DNA of 64,000 nucleotides from Syntrophales bacterium. GTDB lineage: Bacteria > Desulfobacterota > Syntrophia > Syntrophales > UBA2210. The stretch covers positions 32,001 through 96,000 of the forward strand of contig CAXXNF010000001.1 of the NCBI GenBank assembly GCA_963666365.2, given 5' to 3'. Both the position numbers and the translations under genes were made by a program. Position 1 is the first letter of the stretch, and every line of letters starts with the position of its first letter. A model generated the notes under the pieces. It was given only the letters and a program-made list of their open reading frames with translations, was not told the DNA's origin and did no database searches. This document shows positions 17,793 through 29,099 of this stretch, piece by piece.

Positions 17793-19073
17793 TTACTTAA
17801 TGGGAACGATCCTGTCAACTCCATTCATGTAGGGAATAAGCGCATCGGGAATTTTTACCGATCCGTCTTTTTGCTGGTAGTTTTCCAGCACCGCGACGAA
17901 GGTTCTCCCCACGGCAAGACCGGAACCATTCAAGGTATGCACATGTTCAACCTTGCCCGTATCCTCGCGGCGATAGCGAATGCCTGCCCTTCTCGCCTGA
18001 AAATCCTCGAAATTACTGCACGAGGATATTTCCCGGTAGGCGTCCTGTCCGGGCATCCAGGCTTCTACATCATAGGTTTTGGCAGAGGAAAATCCCAGAT
18101 CTCCCGTACAAAGATTCACCGTACGATAGGCTATGCCCAGTCTTCGCAGAACTTCCTCCGCATTCAGGGTCAGTTTTTCCAGTTCATCATAGGAGCTGTC
18201 CGGTTTGGAAAACTTTACCATTTCCACCTTGTTAAACTGGTGCTGACGGATCAATCCCCGCGTATCCTTCCCGTATGAACCTGCCTCGGCGCGGAAACAT
18301 GCCGAATAGGATACGTAATAGATGGGAAGATCCTTTTCATCCAGTATTTCTCCATTGTGGAGGTTTGTCACGGGAACCTCCGCCGTGGGTATGAGGAAAT
18401 AATCGGTCCCGGCGATTTTAAAAAGATCCTCTTCGAACTTGGGCAACTGCCCCGTGCCGGTCATCGCCTCGCGATTCACCATGTAGGGGGTCAGTATCTC
18501 CGTGTACCCATGATCCTGGGTATGAAGATCGAGCATGAAGTTTATCAATGCCCGCTCCAACCGGGCGCCGGCGCCCCGGTAGACCGCAAAGCGGGCGCCT
18601 GCAATCTTGGCAGCCCTGCCGAAATCGAGAATATTGAGGCTTTCTCCTATTTCCCAGTGCGGTCGCGGCTCGAAATCAAAGACAGGTTTTTCTCCCCAGG
18701 TCCTGACAACGGGATTGTCCTCTTCGCCGGTCCCCATGGGCACCGATGCGTGAGGAATATTGGGAATCACCATGACCAGACTCGAGAGTTGCCCCTCAAT
18801 CCCTTTCAGTTCTTCCTCGAGTTCCTTTATTCTTGCCGACACAGAACCCATTTGTTCAATCAGTTCATCGGCATTTTCCTTTTCCTTTTTTCTCCGACCG
18901 ATCTCTTTCGACACGCTGTTCCGCTCGCTTCGAAGCCCCTCCACCTCCTGAAGGACATCCCGCCGCTTCTGATCGTAGCGGGAAAAGCCGTCCAGATCGA
19001 AATCGGTTCCCCGCTCGCCCAGCTTTTTGCTCACGAAATCGAGGTTTTCTCGTACATATTTTATATCTAGCAT
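17793..19073 (-). CDS. serS: Serine--tRNA ligase
   Basis: [40 protein letters not shown]. Confidence 0.98.
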   Translation of the reverse strand: MLDIKYVRENLDFVSKKLGERGTDFDLDGFSRYDQKRRDVLQEVEGLRSERNSVSKEIGRRKKEKENADELIEQMGSVSARIKELEEELKGIEGQLSSLVMVIPNIPHASVPMGTGEEDNPVVRTWGEKPVFDFEPRPHWEIGESLNILDFGRAAKIAGARFAVYRGAGARLERALINFMLDLHTQDHGYTEILTPYMVNREAMTGTGQLPKFEEDLFKIAGTDYFLIPTAEVPVTNLHNGEILDEKDLPIYYVSYSACFRAEAGSYGKDTRGLIRQHQFNKVEMVKFSKPDSSYDELEKLTLNAEEVLRRLGIAYRTVNLCTGDLGFSSAKTYDVEAWMPGQDAYREISSCSNFEDFQARRAGIRYRREDTGKVEHVHTLNGSGLAVGRTFVAVLENYQQKDGSVKIPDALIPYMNGVDRIVPIK

Positions 19074-19198
19074 ATGCGCTCTTCCATTTCTTGCTGTTGC
19101 GGGTTCCCTCACTATCATTTCGATCCGCGCAAGTCAATATCTTTGTCCCTGCGTTCTTTTACATGTCGGCGGTGCAATGGATAGGAACGATATGTTTT

Positions 19199-20818
19199 TT
19201 ATCCCGCTTTTTTACCCAGTTTTCTTTTGACCAGGTCCACGACTACGCGCATTTCGCTTCCCCCGAGCATAAAGGAGGCCGTCACGAACACAGTGCCGCC
19301 CACCACCACCGCAATGATCAATGTAAAAATTCGCCCCATCAAATCACCGGCCACACACCACTCCATGAAAAACAGGACCGCGATGATCGCCGCCCCCATG
19401 ATCAGCGAAGCAACAATGCCCCTTGCCGCAGCCCGGAGAAAATCATCTTCAAAGAAAGGGCCGATTTTTTTACGGAGGATGAGCACCAATACGGTGATAT
19501 TCACTGACGAGGCAATCGAAACGGCAAGGGCAAGACCGCCATGTTGGAGGGGGCCCATAAGGATCAGGCTTGCAATTACATTAACGATGAAGGCAAGAAA
19601 GGCGACTTTTACCGGTGTTTTTGTATCCTGTAGTGCATAGAAGGCCGACACAACAACCCGGATGCCCGAAAAGGCCCAGAGCCCCAATGTGTAAAATAAC
19701 AGCGCGTCGGCGGTGCGGATTGTTGCTGAAGCGTCGAAGCGTCCATGCTGAAAGAGCACCGATATGATGGGAATCCGAAGCGCAATGAAGGCAACCATAC
19801 AAGGAATGGTGACAAAAAGAATGATTCTGAGTGAAAAAGAAATGGTCCGCTTCAACTCCCCGTAATCGCCCCGTGCGGCCTGATCTGAAAAGCTGGGAAG
19901 CGATGCCGTTCCCACGGCGAGGGCGAACACTCCCAGCGGAAGCTGAACAATGCGGTCGGCGTAATAGAGGTACGATACGCTTCCGCTGGGCAAAAAAGAC
20001 GCCAGAAGGGTGCCCACAAATAGGTTGATCTGGTATACGGCGGCGCCGAAAAGGGCGGGAAGCATCAGAAGGCTGATACGTGCTACCCCGGGATGCGTGA
20101 AGTGAAAATCCGGCCGCAATCTTACCCCCATTCTCGAGAGGGCGGGAAACTGCACGACCAGCTGAAGGACCCCTCCGATGAGTACTCCTACGGCAAGGGC
20201 CACTACCGGCTCTCTGAAACAGTCTCTGAGAAAGAGGGCCGCGGCAATGATGGCGATATTCAACAGCACCGGTGAAAGGGCCGGCGTGGCAAAATGGCGA
20301 AGAGAGTTCAAAATCCCCATGCAGAGGGCGACGAGCGACATGAAAAATATATAGGGAAACATAAGCCGCGTGAGAAATACCGTCAATTGGTATTTTGCGG
20401 GATCGTCGCCGAAACCGAAGGCGATCAGCTTTACAATCCAGGGAGCAAGCAATACTCCCGCAACCGACACACAGGCAAGGATGATCGACAGGAGCGTCAT
20501 CGCCACATTCGCAAGCTCGAAGGCGCTTTTTTTCGAATGCCGTTTCAGATACTCCGTAAAGACGGGCACAAAGGCAATGGTCAATGATCCCTCTGCGAGG
20601 ATGCTTCGCAGAAGATTGGGTATTCTGAAGGCGACGAAGAAGGCATCCGTCGCGAAACCGGCCCCGAAGAAGGCCGCAACGACCATATCGCGAAGAAAGC
20701 CGAAAATCCGACTGAGCAGCGTTCCAAGCCCCACCACTCCGGCCGCTTTGACGACTCGGGATCGCTCGCTTTCTTTGATGTGCTCACTTTCGGATGAGGA
20801 AATACCTTGATGAGTCAT
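19199..20818 (-). CDS. murJ: Lipid II flippase MurJ
   Basis: SRIFGFLRD, DAFFVAFRIPNLLR, YYADRIVQLPLG, DTKTPV. Confidence 0.96.
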   Translation of the reverse strand: MTHQGISSSESEHIKESERSRVVKAAGVVGLGTLLSRIFGFLRDMVVAAFFGAGFATDAFFVAFRIPNLLRSILAEGSLTIAFVPVFTEYLKRHSKKSAFELANVAMTLLSIILACVSVAGVLLAPWIVKLIAFGFGDDPAKYQLTVFLTRLMFPYIFFMSLVALCMGILNSLRHFATPALSPVLLNIAIIAAALFLRDCFREPVVALAVGVLIGGVLQLVVQFPALSRMGVRLRPDFHFTHPGVARISLLMLPALFGAAVYQINLFVGTLLASFLPSGSVSYLYYADRIVQLPLGVFALAVGTASLPSFSDQAARGDYGELKRTISFSLRIILFVTIPCMVAFIALRIPIISVLFQHGRFDASATIRTADALLFYTLGLWAFSGIRVVVSAFYALQDTKTPVKVAFLAFIVNVIASLILMGPLQHGGLALAVSIASSVNITVLVLILRKKIGPFFEDDFLRAAARGIVASLIMGAAIIAVLFFMEWCVAGDLMGRIFTLIIAVVVGGTVFVTASFMLGGSEMRVVVDLVKRKLGKKAG

Positions 20819-21105
20819 AACGAGGAGATGACGGACTCAATGTCGCTCTTTGCAATTCCCATAATGGCAATCCGTTTATTTTTCGAGCTCGCGCCCCCGG
20901 TGATAACGATCTGTTTTCGTGCCACACCAAAGAGGCCGGAAAGAAATCGAATACATTCTTCGTTGGCCTTTCCCTCAACGGGCGGAGCGGTGATCCTCAA
21001 CTTAAGGGCATCACCCTGAATTCCTACAATCGCGGACTTTGATGATCGTGGGATGACCCGCACATTGAAGACAATGCCTTCCTTGGTTTCGTTGATCTCA
21101 AGCAC
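20815..21105 (-). CDS. yggU: DUF167 / YggU family protein
   Basis: LKLRITAPPVEGKANEE. Confidence 0.92.
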   Translation of the reverse strand: MLEINETKEGIVFNVRVIPRSSKSAIVGIQGDALKLRITAPPVEGKANEECIRFLSGLFGVARKQIVITGGASSKNKRIAIMGIAKSDIESVISSL

Positions 21106-21107
21106 AG

Positions 21108-21533
21108 TTATTCGGCAGATCCCTTGTTCCAGGTTCTGAGTAATTCTATGTTGAATTTGAGAAAGGAGTCAAAATAGGCTTCTAGGCTTTTCTTCTCGGT
21201 TTTAAGCTGGGCTACTCGATGCCCCAACCGCTCTGCCTCGTTGTGCGCAGCCTCCAGCATCTTGTTGGTCGTTTCCTGAGCCTTGGCAATCATTTCTTCA
21301 CAACGAAGATGCGTCTCTTCCACCTCGCGCCTGCGCGTCGCCTCCGCATCTTTGTATTCAGCTACAATCACTTCCATTTCAGCAATTTTCTGCTTCAGCG
21401 ACCGGTTTTCCCTGGTCTGATCCTCTAGTTCATCCGCAACGAGGCGCAGAAAATTTTCAACTTCCGTTGTATCAAAGCCCCTGAATCGGACTTTAAACAT
21501 CTGGCTGCTGACATCCAGTGGAGAAATCTTCAT
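21108..21533 (-). CDS. DivIVA domain protein
   Basis: MKISPLDV..FKVRFRGFDTTEVENFL plus coiled coil. Confidence 0.9.
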   Translation of the reverse strand: MKISPLDVSSQMFKVRFRGFDTTEVENFLRLVADELEDQTRENRSLKQKIAEMEVIVAEYKDAEATRRREVEETHLRCEEMIAKAQETTNKMLEAAHNEAERLGHRVAQLKTEKKSLEAYFDSFLKFNIELLRTWNKGSAE

Positions 21534-21545
21534 AGATACACCTCG

Positions 21546-21845
21546 TTATTTAAAGTAGAGCGCAATCTGCAGCAGGCTTTTCACCAAAAAGCTCTGAATG
21601 AAAATAATCACCAGTATGACTATGATCGGCGATATGTCGATTCCGATTCCTCTCAGGGGTATCCATCGCCTGACGTAGTACAGAACCGGTTCCGTGGCAC
21701 GATAGAGGAATCGTACGATGGGATTGTAGGGGTCGGGATTCACCCACGAAATGAGCGCCCTGATAATGATAAGCCACATGTAAATCGTAAGGGCGATGTC
21801 AACGATTCTTGCTATCGCACCGATAAAATTTCCTATCACAAACAT
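21546..21845 (-). CDS. yggT: YggT family membrane protein
   Basis: SWVNPDPYNPIVRFLYRATEP, IDISP. Confidence 0.93.
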   Translation of the reverse strand: MFVIGNFIGAIARIVDIALTIYMWLIIIRALISWVNPDPYNPIVRFLYRATEPVLYYVRRWIPLRGIGIDISPIIVILVIIFIQSFLVKSLLQIALYFK

Positions 21846-21999
21846 CCTTCGTCCTTGCGGGAATAATATAAGCTTTCGGTTTAAATAATGATTGCTCATT
21901 TAAAAGTCAAGGGTTATATTGTAACGGTTATTTGCGGTTCCACCCGTGATCGGGCCGGGCACACTGATCTGCAAAGAAAAAATAGAGGCGGCCATTTAC

Positions 22000-22821
22000 A
22001 TGATACAAGAAAAACGCATCGGCATTATCGGCGCCGGCACTATGGGCGAAGTGCTTACCAAGGCCCTTATTTCCGGCTGTTCGGTTTCACCCGAGCATAT
22101 CACGCTTGCCGACATTGAAGGACATCGTCTGGAACAGCTTCATGCTGACTACGGCATTCAGACAACAACCGACAACAGTCGCGCAATTGAAGGAGCGGAC
22201 ATTCTGATCCTCGCCGTAAAGCCCCAGATTCTCGGCACGGTTCTCAACGGCATTGCCGGCATCCTGGAAACGGAAACACTTGTGGTTTCTATCGCAGCGG
22301 GCATCGCTATTGTAACTATTGAAGAGTCTTTAGGCCCGGCACACCGGGTTATTCGGGTTATGCCCAACACCCCCGCAATGATCGGTCAGGGCGCTACGGC
22401 AATCGCCGCAGGCCGAAACGCCCGTGAAGAAGACCTGGCAATAGTGCGCCGGATTTTCGATGCCGTGGGACTCACGGTCACGGTTGACGAAGATCTTATG
22501 GACGCGGTTACCGGTCTCAGCGGAAGCGGTCCCGCCTACGGTTTCATAATTATTGAAGCCCTTGCCGACGCGGGCGTCAACATGGGACTTCCCAGGGGCA
22601 TCGCTTTGAAGCTCGCCTCACAGACAATGCTGGGCGCGGCCCAATTCTGTCTGAACGGCGACAAAACACCGTCGCAGCTGAAAGACATGGTAACCTCTCC
22701 CGGCGGCACCACCATCGAAGGGATCAAGGCCCTTGAACGGGGAAGATTGCGCGCCACACTCATGGACGCCGTTGAAGCGGCAACGAATAGATCGATGGCA
22801 CTGGGCAAAAAGAAACCCTGA
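22000..22821 (+). CDS. proC: Pyrroline-5-carboxylate reductase
   Basis: GAGTMG, LAVKPQ, RVMPNTP, SGSGPAY, VTSPGGTT. Confidence 0.97.
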   Translation: MIQEKRIGIIGAGTMGEVLTKALISGCSVSPEHITLADIEGHRLEQLHADYGIQTTTDNSRAIEGADILILAVKPQILGTVLNGIAGILETETLVVSIAAGIAIVTIEESLGPAHRVIRVMPNTPAMIGQGATAIAAGRNAREEDLAIVRRIFDAVGLTVTVDEDLMDAVTGLSGSGPAYGFIIIEALADAGVNMGLPRGIALKLASQTMLGAAQFCLNGDKTPSQLKDMVTSPGGTTIEGIKALERGRLRATLMDAVEAATNRSMALGKKKP

Positions 22822-22880
22822 TCTATCCTGAAACGAAAGAGGGAGAAAAGAAAGAGCTCATCGGAAAGCATGAGAATACC

Positions 22881-23357
22881 ATGGGAACCGAACCACATAT
22901 AGTACAAACTGTAACTGTACGGGGCATGACTATCGATGATCTTCCCAGGGTCTTTCACCTGGGAGAAAAACTGTTCACCCTGCAGAGATTTCCCAACCTC
23001 TACCGTGTGTGGGATGAATTCGAGGTTATCGACACCTTCTCGGGAAATCCCGACCACTGTTTTGTGGCCGTCGACGCCGCCGATCGGGTCGTAGGATTTT
23101 TTCTGGCCAGCATCATCGAAAAAAGGCATTCGCCCCGCTACGGCTACCTGAAGTGGCTCGGCGTGGACAAGGCCTACGAGGGACAAGGCATCGCACAGCA
23201 TCTTTTCACCACCTTTTATGCGATTATGGAAAATGAAGAAATACCCATGCTCCTGGTCGATACGGAAGCGATCAACACACGGGCGCTTCGTTTTTTTGAG
23301 AGACAGGGGTTCAGTTCTCCCCGCGATCATTTTTTCCTAACGCTGAAATTAAAATGA
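22881..23357 (+). CDS. GNAT family N-acetyltransferase
   Basis: LGVDKAYEGQGIA; N..ALRFFERQGF. Confidence 0.88.
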   Translation: MGTEPHIVQTVTVRGMTIDDLPRVFHLGEKLFTLQRFPNLYRVWDEFEVIDTFSGNPDHCFVAVDAADRVVGFFLASIIEKRHSPRYGYLKWLGVDKAYEGQGIAQHLFTTFYAIMENEEIPMLLVDTEAINTRALRFFERQGFSSPRDHFFLTLKLK

Positions 23358-23376
23358 ATATACCGGACGTTTTGTA

Positions 23377-24459
23377 ATGGGCATGCACTCAGAATATATA
23401 ATTAACGATGCGCGTTTGGGGTCCCTCCTGCGAGACATGGTCGATATCTACAGTCCGTCATGGAAAGAGGAGGAACTGACCGATTTTCTCTATTCGTACC
23501 TCTCCCGCGCCGGCATTCATCCCGTCAGGCAATCCGTAGACGAAACAAGAGCCAATCTTCTCATACTCCCCGAAAAGGGCGCGGCCGATGTTTTTTTCAT
23601 CGGTCACATAGACACGGTCCCTGCCTTCGATTATGAACGATTCAAATCGGATCAGCAGGATGATCGGATCAGCGGACTGGGTGCCGCTGACATGAAAGGC
23701 GGTTGCGCCGCCATGATCGAGGCCTTTTGCACCTTTGCCGAAAACGACGGCCCACGATTTCCCGCCGCACTGGCACTGGTGGTGGGAGAAGAAGAAGGGG
23801 GCGATGGCATCCTGGCCTTTTTGAAGGATTTCAGCCCTTCCTGGGCAATCGTAGGAGAACCGACGAATCTCGTTCCCTGTCTGGGACACTTCGGCTACCT
23901 GGAACTTCTCCTGAAAACATCGGGGAGAAGGGTGCATGCATCCCTCGCCGGCCCCGAAGAAAACGCCGTTCGGACCATGCTTGAACTCCTCCTGAAACTG
24001 ACACAGCATTTGAACGAAGCACGGGGTGACGTGGTCTACAATATACGTGATGTGAGCAGTTCACAGGCCGGCTTTGCCGTACCCGACCTTTGCGAGGCCT
24101 CGGTAGATCTCCATGTACCGCCTCATTTTCACATTGGAGAACTCGCCGTCGAGCTGGAAGAAATTGCGGAAGGCGCATCGTCTCTGTCAACGATACATTC
24201 AGGCTATCTTCTACCGGACAAAGGTATGGTCCCCGACATACTGAAGGATAGTTTTACCAGAGGGAACCTCCCCTGGAACCCCGGTCTTTTTCGAAGCGAT
24301 TCCGATGCCAATCTCCTCTGGCAGGAAGGGGTCAAACCGGTTATTCTGGGTCCCGGGGAGCTCGAAAAGGCTCACACCCAGGAGGAATGCATATCGTTCA
24401 GCCAAGTCGTCGCGGCATCACGCATCTATCTCGACGCACTGCTTTCAATGAAGTCATGA
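23377..24459 (+). CDS. M20/M25/M40 metallohydrolase (ArgE/DapE-like)
   Basis: GHIDTV, GLGAADMKGG, GEEEGG, GEPT, AHTQEE. Confidence 0.9.
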   Translation: MGMHSEYIINDARLGSLLRDMVDIYSPSWKEEELTDFLYSYLSRAGIHPVRQSVDETRANLLILPEKGAADVFFIGHIDTVPAFDYERFKSDQQDDRISGLGAADMKGGCAAMIEAFCTFAENDGPRFPAALALVVGEEEGGDGILAFLKDFSPSWAIVGEPTNLVPCLGHFGYLELLLKTSGRRVHASLAGPEENAVRTMLELLLKLTQHLNEARGDVVYNIRDVSSSQAGFAVPDLCEASVDLHVPPHFHIGELAVELEEIAEGASSLSTIHSGYLLPDKGMVPDILKDSFTRGNLPWNPGLFRSDSDANLLWQEGVKPVILGPGELEKAHTQEECISFSQVVAASRIYLDALLSMKS

Positions 24460-24507
24460 AATAGAGCCTGCCTGCACTTCTGCACAAAACGGTTTTTGTG
24501 AGACCTT

Positions 24508-26307
24508 TCAGATTTTAAGCAGGTTGTAAAAGCGGGTTATGATGCCTCTTTTTTCTTTCTGCTCCTCCGTTTCTTCCTCAGGCAATGAAGGCGGCGCCAG
24601 GTCTTTTTCCATGTCTTTTTCCATGCCTTTTCCCAGATCCTTTTCCACATTTCCTGCCGCCTCCGCGTCAGGTTCCTCCGAGGGCGCAGTTTCGCTATCT
24701 GCCGTAGGAGCGACCTCGGGCTGCGCGGCCGTTGTTTTCGGCTTTCTCCTTCTGCTTCGCCTCCTCGGTTTGGATGTCCGCTCTTCTCCGCTCTTCTCCT
24801 CCCGCTCGATGCCCTCTTTTTTCACCTGACCGTTGACGACAGCCTCCTGAGGCTCCATCATTGCCGGTTCTCTCTTTATTACCTTGAACTGAGACTCGGG
24901 CCAGTGCATGTCCGTGCTTCCGAAAACCCGCACTGCCACATCGTAGGTCTGTTCAAGCTTGCTGATCTCACGTCTCTTGTAATTGAGCAAATAGGAAGCC
25001 ACGTCTGAGGGAAGGGTAATTTCGATCTCCGATGCGTCCCGTCTGACAGCTTCCGACTTGATCTTTCGATAAGTGCTCAAGGCCAGATACTCGATTGAAG
25101 GCACCCAGCCGCTTCCCTTGCAGTGGGCGCAGGTGGTGTAGCTGATTTCCTGAATGGTCGACTGTTTTTTCTGTCGGGAAAGTTCGAGAATGCCGAATTT
25201 TGAGATCTTTGCAAGCTGTATCCGCGAACGATCGCTTTTAAGCGCATTTTTAAAGGTCCGCTCCACCTCCATATTGTGCTTGCGATCCATCATGTCGATG
25301 AAGTCGATGACGATCAGCCCGCCCAGATCACGCAATCTCAACTGTTTCGCGATTTCTTCGGCCGCTTCGAGATTCGTCCTGAAGGCGGTTTCTTCTGCGT
25401 CCCGTTTATTCAAGCGTCCTGAATTTACATCAATGGTAATGACCGCCTCGGTGGGTTCGATTACAAGCGACCCGCCCGATTTCAATTCCACCCTCTCTCT
25501 GTAGATCGCATTGATCTGTTCTTCCACTTTAAATTTGTCGAATATGGGCGTCTCTCCGCGGTACTGTTTTACGGACTTGACGCTTCGTGGCGAAACAGCC
25601 TTGCAGTAGGCCTTCATTTTCTTAAGAGTTTCACTGTTATCCACGAGGATTTCATCGATGTCGGAAGAAAAATAATCGCGCAGCACCCTCACGGCAAATT
25701 CACTTTCCTTATAAACCAGGGCGGGCGCAGCAGAACTCTCGGCTTTCTTCTCAATATCCTTCCAGAGCCGAGCCAGCATCTGGTAATCCCGCAACAGTTC
25801 CTGTTTGGTCCGATTTATACCCGCGGTACGCACGATAAACCCCATGCTCTCCTTCTGGCTTATTTCGTCCATGAACTGTTTGAGCTTTTTGCGGTCTGCC
25901 TCGCTTTCGATCTTCCTTGATACGCCCCGACTTTCTTTGTTCGGCATCAGAACGAGGTACCGTCCCGGCAGGGAAACGTAGGTTGTCAGCATTGCGCCTT
26001 TCGCACCTTTTTCTTCTCTCACCACCTGAACGAAAAGATTTGTTCCTACCTTGAGGGCGCCATCGCTCTCCAGATAGGTAGGGCTTACATCGCGCAGGGG
26101 AAGAAACCCGCTTTTTCCCGCTCCGTAATCGACGAAGGCCGCTCTCAACCCCCGCTGAATATTACGCACCACCGCCTTATAGACATTCCCCGTAATGGGT
26201 TCCCTCATGGACATTTTTATGCTGTATTCGGTCAACTGACCGTCTTCGACGATGGCCATCCGGCTTTCTTCTTCGTCAATTGTATTGATAAGCATTTGCT
26301 TGGTCAT
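24508..26307 (-). CDS. rne: Rne/Rng family ribonuclease
   Basis: S1 domain, IDVNSG, RLRDLGGLIVIDFIDM, CAHCKG, disordered C-terminal tail. Confidence 0.93.
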   Translation of the reverse strand: MTKQMLINTIDEEESRMAIVEDGQLTEYSIKMSMREPITGNVYKAVVRNIQRGLRAAFVDYGAGKSGFLPLRDVSPTYLESDGALKVGTNLFVQVVREEKGAKGAMLTTYVSLPGRYLVLMPNKESRGVSRKIESEADRKKLKQFMDEISQKESMGFIVRTAGINRTKQELLRDYQMLARLWKDIEKKAESSAAPALVYKESEFAVRVLRDYFSSDIDEILVDNSETLKKMKAYCKAVSPRSVKSVKQYRGETPIFDKFKVEEQINAIYRERVELKSGGSLVIEPTEAVITIDVNSGRLNKRDAEETAFRTNLEAAEEIAKQLRLRDLGGLIVIDFIDMMDRKHNMEVERTFKNALKSDRSRIQLAKISKFGILELSRQKKQSTIQEISYTTCAHCKGSGWVPSIEYLALSTYRKIKSEAVRRDASEIEITLPSDVASYLLNYKRREISKLEQTYDVAVRVFGSTDMHWPESQFKVIKREPAMMEPQEAVVNGQVKKEGIEREEKSGEERTSKPRRRSRRRKPKTTAAQPEVAPTADSETAPSEEPDAEAAGNVEKDLGKGMEKDMEKDLAPPSLPEEETEEQKEKRGIITRFYNLLKI

Positions 26308-26319
26308 AATTATTCCTTC

Positions 26320-26937
26320 CTACACACTCCCATAGAAGATAGAAACATCGCCACGCCCTTCCCTGATGATTTCGGGCGTCTCGTCCACAAGGCTTACCAC
26401 GCTGGAGAGCTCCGCACCTACAATCCCACCATCAATGACTAGATCTACCGCATACCGGTACACTGCTTCCATGTCGGCCGGATCAGTCATAATTTCGCCG
26501 TCCTCGCTCTTTACACTGGTGCTGATGATGGGACGGCCGAATTCCTTTACCAGGGCGAGACATATCTGATTGTCGGGAACCCTGATACCGACTTCCTTTC
26601 TTTTCGGCAAGAGAATCTTCGGCACCATGCGCGACGCCCCCAGCACAAAGGTATATGGTCCGGGGAGAAGGTGTCTCATCAGTTTGTAAGCATAATTGGG
26701 AACGACTGCGTAGTTGCTTATGTCGCTCAAATCGGCGCAGACGAAACTAAAGGGTTGATTTCTGCTTCTTCGTTTTATTTCGTATATTTTTTCAATGCTC
26801 CGTTTGTTAAAAAGATCGCACCCGAGTCCATACACGGTATCAGTGGGATAGATAATGATCCCCCCTTCATTGAGAATGTCAACCGCTTTTCTGATTAAAC
26901 GCATTTGCGGATTATCTTTGTGTATCGTGAATATCAT
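26320..26937 (-). CDS. Sua5/YciO/YrdC family (threonylcarbamoyl-AMP synthase-like)
   Basis: YPTDTVYGLGC, LPGPYTF, GIRVPD, IISTS. Confidence 0.92.
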   Translation of the reverse strand: MIFTIHKDNPQMRLIRKAVDILNEGGIIIYPTDTVYGLGCDLFNKRSIEKIYEIKRRSRNQPFSFVCADLSDISNYAVVPNYAYKLMRHLLPGPYTFVLGASRMVPKILLPKRKEVGIRVPDNQICLALVKEFGRPIISTSVKSEDGEIMTDPADMEAVYRYAVDLVIDGGIVGAELSSVVSLVDETPEIIREGRGDVSIFYGSV

Positions 26938-27091
26938 CGGGCACTATCTCTCAGCTCTTCCCCAGCACATTTTTTACTTGCTGCAACCGGGCGAAGATGA
27001 ATAGCGAAAAACGTCTAAACCTATCCGTATTTCGGCATGCTGTCAACATCTTTCCACTGCCCGGATATCGAGGCGCCGCAGGCACCCTGCA

Positions 27092-28771
27092 TCAGATGAC
27101 CACCTCGTCTATCTGCGAAGGCGAAAGTTCCTTTTCGGCATAGGCGAGATACACTTTTTCCTTTACAAACAGATCGACTATGTCCCCATCGATGTGGTTA
27201 TCTTTCACCATGAATCCGAGGATTTTCAAAGCGCCTGAAAGCGTGTTCGCTGTGCGGTAGGGACGGTCCGGGGCGGTAATTGCTTCAAAAATGTCAGCCA
27301 CCGCCATGATCCTGGACTGAAGCGGTATTTCGTCGCCTTTCAGCCCCCAGGGATATCCACTGCCGTTGATACATTCGTGATGCGTTGACGCATATTCGGG
27401 CACACGTTTTAGTTTTTTTGGAAAAGGCAACTGGGAAAGCATTTTGTGAGTAATAGTCACATGACTATTGATGACTCGTCGCTCCTCATCGGTAAGCGTG
27501 CCTTTTCTGACGGAGAGATTCTTTATTTCTTCCTCATTGAGCAGGGGCATTTTATTGCCGTCAACAGACCAGGTTCTGCAGGCAATCGATTGGATGCGCT
27601 CGATGGATTCATCGGACATGAATTCCCCGCCCTGATTTGCACGGGCGATGAATTCATAATCGTCCTGAATTCTGCTCAGTTCATCGTCGCAATCGACGGC
27701 CCCCCCGCCCTCTTCTGTCGACACATCTCCCGTTACGATTGCCTTTTTGAGACGGGCAATCTCCACATCCCTTTTCATTAATTCGAAGCGGGTACGAAGC
27801 AGCTCGATGCGGTCGAAAAGTCCGTCCAGCTTCGTAGACTTATCCATCACGTACTCGGGCACGGCTACCTTTCCCACATCGTGAAGCCACGCAGCAATCC
27901 GGAGTTCGTTCATTTGATCGTCGTTGAGACGAACATTGCAAAACGGGCCTTCCTGCGCCTTGTTGACCGCCTCAGCAATCATCATGGTCAGTTCCACCAC
28001 CCTTCTTCCATGATCCCCTGTATAGGGCGACTTTTCGTCGATTGCCGTAGCGATGGTTTTTATAAATGCCTCGAAAAGCGTTTCCAGATCATGGATAAGG
28101 CGGTTGTTGGTCAGTGACACTGCCGCCTGAGATGCCAGTGACTCAGTTAACTCCTGACATTCAGGGGAAAAGGCAATAGTGGTTCCCGTAAAACGATCTC
28201 TGGCGTTGAGAAGCTGCAATACGCCGATGATGTCATTTTCATGATTACGCATGGGGACAACAAGCATGGATTGCGACCGGTAGCCTGTGGCGGCATCGAA
28301 TGTTCTGGTCCCTTCAAAGTTGAATCGGTCGGCATGATACACATCGGGAATGTTGACGACATTGCCGGAGAGCGCGGCATGGGAGGAAACGTTGGCATGA
28401 TTCGGATTGCCTGACTCATCGTAGAGATTGACCGGCGACCAGGTAATATCCCCCGATGTACCCCCCATTCTGGTTTTAAGTGATTCGTTCTGTACAATGG
28501 CAAAGCGCAATTTTTTTTCGTCGTCGCTTACGATATACAGTGTTCCCCCGTCGGCATTGGTAAATTGGCGCGCCTCGTCGACAATCATCTCGAGCAGGCG
28601 GCCGATGTTCCGTTCTGCAGAAAGCGCGGCACCGATTCGTGTCAGCCTCCGTATCTGCTCTCTCTGACTTTCCGTGAAATCGCGGACGGAGTCCACTACC
28701 GTGTTCAGCAGTCTGTTGATGTCGGCATTGCAGGTAAAATCAAACCCTTTGGATTCATGGGCATCATCCAT
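27092..28771 (-). CDS. GAF + HD-GYP phosphodiesterase
   Basis: GAF (TGYRSQSMLVVPM), LHDVGK, HHECINGSGYP, ADIFEAITAPDRPY. Confidence 0.92.
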   Translation of the reverse strand: MDDAHESKGFDFTCNADINRLLNTVVDSVRDFTESQREQIRRLTRIGAALSAERNIGRLLEMIVDEARQFTNADGGTLYIVSDDEKKLRFAIVQNESLKTRMGGTSGDITWSPVNLYDESGNPNHANVSSHAALSGNVVNIPDVYHADRFNFEGTRTFDAATGYRSQSMLVVPMRNHENDIIGVLQLLNARDRFTGTTIAFSPECQELTESLASQAAVSLTNNRLIHDLETLFEAFIKTIATAIDEKSPYTGDHGRRVVELTMMIAEAVNKAQEGPFCNVRLNDDQMNELRIAAWLHDVGKVAVPEYVMDKSTKLDGLFDRIELLRTRFELMKRDVEIARLKKAIVTGDVSTEEGGGAVDCDDELSRIQDDYEFIARANQGGEFMSDESIERIQSIACRTWSVDGNKMPLLNEEEIKNLSVRKGTLTDEERRVINSHVTITHKMLSQLPFPKKLKRVPEYASTHHECINGSGYPWGLKGDEIPLQSRIMAVADIFEAITAPDRPYRTANTLSGALKILGFMVKDNHIDGDIVDLFVKEKVYLAYAEKELSPSQIDEVVI

Positions 28772-29099
28772 CTTGTCCGTCCTTTCGCCTGTCGACCCCC
28801 CTCGGTCATTTTTTTTAAGAGAATAATTTTAAAAATTTATAGCACTGAATAATAATGCATTCAAGCCTTTAAGCGAATAGTGACCTATCGTTCCAATTAA
28901 CATATTGATAAAAAGCGATAAATCTGGCATGTATCGCAAATACTGCTGAGGATTAGAAACTATCCATTGACAAATATTGATCCATGTGTATGAAATACAG
29001 AACGCACTTTTTGGCTTTCAGCCGTAAAAGACGAGTGAATATCTCACAAAGCAATGCCCGATAGGGGCCGGATATCAATTATTGACAAGGAGGAAGAAA

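Noticed and set aside
28925..28940. Sigma-54 promoter TGGCATGTATCGCA upstream of the enoyl-CoA hydratase
   Set aside because: GG-GC spacing is shorter than the required 10 nt.
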